Shown: positions 56,952 through 64,000 of the stretch, in pieces
Position numbering within the stretch: the stretch's first letter is position 1
Layout of the letters: each line of letters opens with the position of its first letter
NCBI GenBank assembly: GCA_965649825.1
Contig: OZ287714.1
Location: 1-64,000, forward strand
Direction: 5' to 3'
DNA length: 64,000 nucleotides
From: Penicillus capitatus
Taxonomy: Eukaryota; Plantae; Chlorophyta
Program-made: the position numbers and the translations under genes
Notes under the pieces: model-generated
What the model was told of the DNA's origin: nothing
The model's input: the letters and a program-made list of their open reading frames with translations, nothing else
Database searches by the model: none

Positions 56952-59900
56952 ATGTCGACGACGACAAGGAAAACGCCTATGCGGAGTCGGAAATTGAAAC
57001 CCCTCGTTCGTGCAGGTTTCCTCAAGCCCGGTCCCAAATGTCTCACTTGTCATCTCAACGGCGAGTCCTTCCGTGCAGGTATCGCACCTCCGTCGACCTT
57101 CCGCTTTCTCAGCCTTGGCGTTACACGATCGTCGACGGGCATTTCGATCCCCACTCATTCCATCGATTGCAGATTTAGGAAATGGTGGCGAAGTGTTCTA
57201 TGATGGTCTGCGATTTTTGAACCCTCAGACGTGCTACGCTTACATTCATTGGCAAAACTCCGATCCGCCGTCGCATCCCGAAATTCCGACGGACGGCTAT
57301 CACGAGTTCACGCACGAAGGCCACGAACTGAGTTACTACCGAGAGCTCTACGAGAAACAATTCCCGACGGAGACGCGCGTGGAGCGCATGCGAAGAGAGG
57401 GCGATATGGAAGTGGAGAAGGAACCGGCAGAAGAGAAAGTGTCTTCGCGTGACGGCGTCCGTCGTTCCTCGAGACTGAAAAAACGCACCAACAGTGTCGA
57501 CGCAGCGACAGCTGCAGCTCTGGTGGAACTCGAAGAGGACATACAGAAGAGTCCGACGCCAAGAGGCGGACATCGAGGCCGTCACAAAGCTCCTGTCAAA
57601 CGCATGGATTTGATACGGAACGACGAGGAAACGCAGAATATGTTGTTGGATGTGCTGGCCGAGGCAGACGAGACATGGCTCTTCTGTAACAACTGTCAGA
57701 AATGGCGAAGGTCTCGTGCCGATCCCAGTATTCCGTCGCCTTGGTTCTGTGAACTGAATCCGGATCGAAAGTGAGAAACGTGTGACACGTGGGATGAATG
57801 ATGGAAGGAATGTTGGCAGATATGCTTCGTGCAAGATTCCTCAAGAGTTGCCGAGCTTTGCGGTGGATCGTTTGTGCAACGAAGAGTCCGATCACTTCTA
57901 TGCCATCACGAGTGGGAGGCCTCCATTGGATCAATGCACCGAAGAGGACTTTGAAAAAGATCTGGTGGGATTCTGGACGTTCTTGGGCGAAACCAGTCGC
58001 GCCGACATGATTCGCCTGCAGCGCATTCAATGGTGAGTGCGTGCACCTCTCTTCTAGACTTGGTTGGTCACACTTTTGTGTTGATGTGACGTGCAGCAAT
58101 AACAGCAACATGGATCTCTTTGGACTGTACTGTGAGGTGGTGAAGTGGGGTGGGATGATGCTGAATGAGTCGTACGATGCTGCAGGACGTTATACTGGAG
58201 CGATCAACTTTTCGGGGCAGATTTTCCCAAATCTCAAAAACTATACACCTGGACATCGCGCCACCTCTATCGGTCATCCCATCGTCCAATAGAACCGCCT
58301 GCCACTGAAGAAGTGTGCGTTTGTTCAGGGAATCAACTGCTGGTGAATTATCGCAAGTATTTGTATGACTACGAACGAATTTGGCACGAGCAAGATATCG
58401 CACTCTTTGCAAAATGGAATCCAGTGTCGCCGCCGACCAAAAGGCAAACGCGCTCCAGAAGAGACTTGGGCATCAATCTGGAGGTGCCTTTATCATTCAC
58501 TTCCAACACGTCCCTTCAGGTTGGCGTCGTCTTTATCACTGCCAATGGAGTGCGGTCCGTGAGATGCAGGATAAAGAGCTGAAACCGCAGACGACACATT
58601 TGTTGATGCTTGCTGAAGTGTTGATCGGATTGGATCCGGCCACGAAGAAAGCCCCACAGCAGAAGTGCCGTCGACTGAACGAAGAAGAGAAGGCGGCCGA
58701 TGAACCTGTGGTGCATGTGACAGAAGAGGCACTCAAATCAGGAATACATGGATTCAAGTGCGATCTCATTCCTATACAGAAATACTGAGAGATGGCGACA
58801 GATCTGGGGACTTGATTCTGGCAAGAGATGCCATGTATGAAGAGCGTTACTGGCCAGCACTTGTCTCTCGCTACAACGATCTGCCCATTCATATCCGCAA
58901 CGGCCAGGCGACACCAGAGGCGAGGCAGCTCACTTTTCCGTACGCTATTAAAGTACTAGCCGCCACACTGTTGAGTCGACAAGAGAATCGAAGTCGCTAC
59001 TTGGCTGGCTGCACAGGAACTGATGAGCTGCAAGAGCGATTACATTCCGGTGATGGTACCGGGTACCAATGCCTTTGGATGGGTGCCGACCATTTTCTGC
59101 AAGCCGTGGGATGGGACACTGGCTCTGCAAGAATACAAAGAATCTTTGAAATCTCCCGAAGAACCGTGCGATCTTGCTTTCCGGCGATCGCTTAAAGGCA
59201 TGGTCACTCTTTTGCCAGTTTTCTCTCACACCTGTTTTGTGCAGAGGCAATGGAGTATCTCACCCATCCACCCTGCGAGAAAAGAGCATCGGCGATCGTA
59301 CAGAAACACAGCATTGCATTCGTTCGTAATAGGTTTCGAGCACAGTCACTCTTTCAAAAGAGTGAGATGGTGTGTGTAGGCTATTAGGATTGGAATCAGA
59401 TATTCCATCAATGTTCTTGGGCAAAGAGAGCTTTCCTACGAGAGAGATCTGGCGAGATCGTGTCGAACGCATTCATTCCCCGCACCAGATGTCCTTTGAA
59501 ATTCAGTCGTTGAGCAACCAGATCGACTCCAGGTGCTTCAAGAAGCAAACACATCGGATGGTCCTCGAACACATCGTCAAGATATTTGGTCCGTGTTACA
59601 TCATCCAATGGTGTCATGTCATCACACAGATGTTGCCGTTGCAGATCACAAGAAAAAAGAGGTGACCGTTTTCAGTCTGGATCGTGCGGTTCAGTCATTG
59701 GAAGAGGCAATGGACTGGCCCAAGATACAGAAACTCGTATTGGCCAAGACTGTCCCACAGAAGGCAGGAATGGAAGAGGATGGAGAGGAAGAGCCGGCAG
59801 AAGAGATGGACACGACGGAAAGAGACAATCTATCCAGTCCTGATGCAAGGGTGAGTGAGATCCCTCAAACTGTCCCATCATGACCCCTGATGCATGTGGG

Positions 59901-59981
59901 TGTCTATCACAGGTGCCCCGTGTGAAATTCGTGGCGCCTGGCAACAAACGAAAGCTAGATGAGCTGGAGACAGGCTCCTAG
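56952..59981 (+). CDS. Multidomain chromatin protein: RAMA + zf-CW + ARID + PWWP-like
   Basis: RAMA-like LKPLVRAGFLKPGPKCL...GESFRA|DLGNGGEVFYDGLRFLNP...G..LSYY; CW WLFCNNCQKWR...WFCELNPD..|SCKIPQE; ARID DLFGLYCEVVKWGG...LLVNYRKYLYDYE; YWPALV segment. Later exons less certain. Confidence 0.72.
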
Positions 59982-60003
59982 ATGCACTTGTCGTTTTTTA
60001 TAT

Positions 60004-60008
60004 TGTAA
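60004..60008 (+). terminator. TGTAA chlorophyte-type polyadenylation signal of the RAMA/ARID gene
   Basis: Lies 22 nt after the stop at 59981. Similar TGTAA signals follow ARF1 (about 39515) and, on the minus strand, PP2C (about 18667). Confidence 0.5.
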
Positions 60009-60052
60009 TCAAGCGCAATGCGATGACTCATTTGGAGGCGCGTCTTGGGGAA

Positions 60053-60956
60053 ATGCACGCGATCTCGGTGCCCCGTGTCACTCAGCGACAGCCATTCTCC
60101 CTGCGTCGCTGCGCGGCGAGGTGTCGCGTCACGTCTTCGGCTCAACTGGAGGCGCTCGTTTTCGACTGCGATGGTGTGATCGTGGAGTCTGAGCACCTAC
60201 ACCGAGTGGCCTACAATCGTTGCTTTGCGCATTTTGCCGTTTCGACCGACGGAGGAGCGTCGATTGTGGAATGGGATCCTGTGTTCTATGACGATTTCCA
60301 GAACCGAGTGGGTGGAGGGAAGCCCAAAATGCGATGGTACTTTAATCAGCACGGATGGCCGATCTCCACTTCGACCCCGACACCACCAGAGACGACAGAC
60401 TCGAGGGAGGCACTAATCGATGAACTCCAGGCGTGGAAGACTGACATGTATCAGCAAATCATTGCCAGTGGAGAGGTCCAGCCTCGACCTGGTATACTGC
60501 GCCTTTTTCAAGAAGCGCGTGACAAGTGTGACAAAAGAGTGAGATAACACTCATAGCAATTAACGGTGCACCTATAGGGGGCTCAAAATCGCTGTGTGCA
60601 GCGCAGCGACGAAGGAATCTGTATTCTTTGTGCTGGAGAATCTATTAGGAAATGCGATCTTCGATTCTTTGGACTGTTTCTTGGCCGGTGACGATGTGCC
60701 TGAGAAGAAACCGAGTCCGTTGATCTATCAGGTCGCTGCCGAGAAGCTCAAGGTCGATCCGCATCGCTGTCTGGTGATCGAAGACAGTGCCATTGGATTG
60801 GAAGCGGCGACGAAGGCAGGCATGCGATGCATCGTAACGTACACCGCCTCATCCAAATCGCAATCCTTTGCCGAGGCCGAACGGGTGATGCCCAACCTGG
60901 ACGAACCCACCCCCCTTCGCATCGATGAGCTCATGAATGGCGTCGAACGCGTCTAG
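60053..60956 (+). CDS. CBBY: CbbY-like HAD phosphatase (xylulose-bisphosphate phosphatase type), plastid-targeted
   Basis: VFDCDGVIVESEHLHRVAYN, GGGKPKMRWYF, AVCSAA, AGDDVPEKKPSP, CLVIEDSAIG; one intron; alternative ATG at 60023. Confidence 0.88.
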
Positions 60957-60983
60957 GACACGGTTTAAGATATAAGTCCTTGG

Positions 60984-61509
60984 TCAAGGAATGAGTCCAC
61001 GCTTCTTCATGTAGGAGTTCAGCTGCTCCGTCACGTTTTCGAAATCGAATTTCGAACTGGGAATGTAGAGCGGATTCTTTACCACACATTCGACGTAGAC
61101 TTGACTGTATATGGCCTTCAGCACTTCATGCATCGAAGAGGAATCCTGATCCGGCGAGGTATTGAGCACAAATTTCAGTCCGCTGGGCGATTCCAAGAAG
61201 TGCAGCTGATAGACATTTGTGCGAAATGCCCGATAGGAACACCCCTCGCCGATTCTGAGTGGAGATCCCAGTCTTGGTTTTGTGGCCCTAAGATGGTGTT
61301 GGTACGTTCACCGAGGTCATAGGAATGCATTACTGGTCGGGGTCAATAGCGGTGGTGAGGTTCTTTAACGTCCACAGCAGACCGAAGAGCTGCTTCTCTT
61401 CATCTAGCTTTGACCCTGCCCCTTGCTTCACCGATTTGCTGCGGTGCCACTCGTGGTAGTAAAGGCAGACGCCATTTCGATCAAAGATGTAGAAATTGTA
61501 GCAGACCAT
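60984..61509 (-). CDS. BET5: TRAPP complex subunit 1
   Basis: YNFYIFDRNGVCLYYHEW...EEKQLFGLLWTLK, ESPSGLKFVLNT, YVECVVKNPL. Confidence 0.9.
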
Positions 61510-61597
61510 GATGGGCAGCATCGCCCAGCGCGTTGTGCGTGGAGGCACGGTGTCTACGGTTGTCTACGGTCGCGCCACCTGACACGACGCCTTTCCG

Positions 61598-63146
61598 ATG
61601 CAAGAGACCGAAGAGGAGACGAAGCTCCGCCACGAGGAGTTCAAGATATGGAAAAAGAACACGCCCTTTCTCTACGGTCCGCTCGTTGTGTTCTCGTGCT
61701 CACGGAATCCATCGATGCGGTACAGATCTCGTCATCAGTCACGCTTGCGAGTGGCCGAGTCTCACCGTCCAGTGGCTCCCTGTATATCCATCCACGCCAT
61801 GAGACCATCAGATTCATCGGTGTGACCTCCAGGGCTACGATACGGTGCCCGATAAAGAGAGCACCATTCACACGCTCTTGCTGGGCACGCACACTTCAGA
61901 CAAGATGCCAAATTCTTTGATTCTCGCTCATGTGCTGATGCCGAGTCCGATGTCGAGTGAATGTACGTTAGAGAGCCTGTCCGAAGATTTGGTCTCGTTC
62001 GGGGCATTGGGTCGAGGATCGGAGCGCATTAAGGTCGGCTGGATGTGTTCGGATGAAAACGGGCGACGGTTGTTGATGTGATGGTGTAGCCTGTGAAAGT
62101 CATGTCTCACGATGGCGAGGTGAATCGAGCACGGTGCAATCCGTTCAACAAAGAGATCATCGCCACCAAGGCCATCGTTGGCAAAGTGTTCATCTTTGAC
62201 ACGGGAAAGCAGTTGGAACGCACAACCGACACCATCTGTTCCCCAGATTTATGTCTCCTGGGTCAGTCCTATCGCTGAATGACTGCTGTATCGTGTGAAA
62301 AAGAGTGAGTAGGTCACACAAAAGAAGGCTATGGACTGAGTTGGAATTCGTTCAGAGATGGATGGCTCGTGAGCGGATCGGACGATTGTCGGATTTGTGT
62401 ATGGGATGTCAATCAGTCTCCTGTCGAACGGGCAAGCACCTCTCACTCTGTTCGGCAGATCAGACTCTGTTGTTTTTCAGTCCTTAGAACCTGTGCTGCT
62501 TTACGAAGAGCACAAACAGACGGTGATGGACGTGGCGTGGAACCCGGACAACGGATTTCTTTTCGGATCTGTGAGCGATGATCGCTACCTGAATCTCTAC
62601 GACACACGATGTGCGATTGGCCAAGCGGTGACTGGACGAATGAAAGCGCACGATTCGGAGATCAATGCTTTGGCCTTCAATCCGATCAACGACACCCTTT
62701 TGGCCACAGGCGGCGGCGACAAGACCATTGCCCTGATCGATACACGAAACCTGACACGTCCACTGCACTTTCTGGAGGGCCACAATGCCGAGATCTACAT
62801 GGTGAGTATCTCCCTTTGTGTGAGATGATCGGGGAGAAAGCGAAAGCTGCTATGTCAGGTGGCTTGGAATCCGACAAGGGATTCTTTGCTGGGATCGTGT
62901 GCCGCCGATCGCCGGGCAATGGTTTGGGACATTTCCCGAATCGGCATGCCGCAGACAGATGAAGAGAAAGAAGACGGGCCTCCTGAGCTGCTCTTTGTGC
63001 ACGGCGGTCATACGTCACGCGTCTTGGACTTCTCCTGGAACTCAGATGTCGATCACGGGATGACAGCCGCCACGACGGCTGAGGATAACATTCTGCAGGT
63101 GTGGCAACTGGCAGAGTCGATTTACGAGGACAAGAACACCCTTTAA
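61598..63146 (+). CDS. MSI1: MSI1/RBBP4-family WD40 histone chaperone
   Basis: [14 protein letters not shown]|[52 protein letters not shown]...EDNILQVWQ. Confidence 0.88.
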
Positions 63147-63995
63147 AGAGCTTGTGCTGATGGGACGTGTATGGAACATGTGGTACGTAGGGATACAGCA
63201 ACGAAATCTGGGCAGACGTGCTCGCGCATCTTCCGTCAGTACTTTCCAGATCCATACAGATCTTTGCGTCTCTGAAGAATGTTGCCCAACTGTGGGTCTG
63301 TTTTCTTCTCCGTCTCCTGCTTTGCCGCACCGAATCTCAGTTGTGCAGGACTGAGTTTTTTGCCAGGAGGCAATGGTGCCGGTTTTGGCTCCTGTTTCGC
63401 AATTGCCGCCTCTGGTCACACAAATCACACTTATTAGCCACACATGCATCCCTTGGCTCGTGCCTTCGCTTGGGAGAAGTGTCGAGAGGGGCGGTTTTGC
63501 TTCGGTAGCAATATGGTCGGCCGGTTTGTGGTCTTCATCATAAGCCACATCGACACCTCCTCCAACCTTGCCTCCTTTCCCTCGTGTCTCGATTTCGACT
63601 ACGCCTCCCTGTCCCAGTTTCTTTTCGATGATTTCCCGTGCTGCTTTTCCTCCTGTCGCACTGAGCTTTGTCGTTGTCTGGCCAACCTTGATCCTACATT
63701 CCATTCAGTGAAAACCGAAGGCATCCACCCATCCTGTATGCAGGCACTTTTGTTTCAGTTCTCCAAAAACGGAGTGCGGAATCGTGGCCTCCGCCGCTTT
63801 TCTCTCCTTCTTCTGCGCCGTGTGCATGACACTGAATCCGAATTTCATGTTGGCCGCTACACAGAGGGGGAGATGTTGATGGGCAGCTAAGGGAGCATGC
63901 GTCCGTACCATCGAGTCCGAGGTAATAGCGCTGCCACTGTTCCAGCTGAGCATTATAGAAAGCCTTGACACGCGGCGCAAAATCACGGGAGACAC
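63042..63995 (-). CDS. Uncharacterised gene, probably partial (may start beyond the window edge)
   Basis: Two long minus-strand ORFs (63705-63995, 63042-63704) with coding-like composition; no motif recognised. Confidence 0.35.
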
Positions 63996-64000
63996 TATCC

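Overview
Eukaryotic nuclear DNA from a very compact, intron-rich genome. It is most likely a chlorophyte green alga: plastid-targeted ABC1K and CbbY, a KNOX/GSM1-type TALE gene, TGTAA poly(A)-type signals, GT-AG introns mostly about 44-75 nt, and the standard genetic code. About 28 host genes are packed with gaps often under 100 nt, including MSH5, PP2C, KNOX, DDX24, LYRM2-like, a TYW3-Kelch-TYW2-TYW5 fusion, DP-like, ARF1, tRNA-Met, D-LDH, F-box/WD40, NAP1, TDP1, ABC1K, TENT4/Trf4, a RAMA-CW-ARID chromatin protein, CbbY, BET5 and MSI1. Mobile DNA: (i) an intact, very young Ty3/Gypsy element (285-5560, TSD GAATT, tRNA-Ala-type PBS) that appears nested in an older LTR element; (ii) a decayed LTR relic at about 6058-6310; (iii) a 1.8-kb LTR element (32897-34721, TSD AGATG) with no pol, encoding only a coiled-coil + CCHC protein. 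The best candidates for novelty are that pol-less LTR element family, the wybutosine multi-enzyme fusion whose ATG overlaps the upstream LYRM2 stop (ATGA), and a possible spliced fusion or overlap of TENT4 with the RAMA-CW-ARID reader. All gene models were spliced by eye from the sequence; no database searches were run, so novelty claims are unverified.
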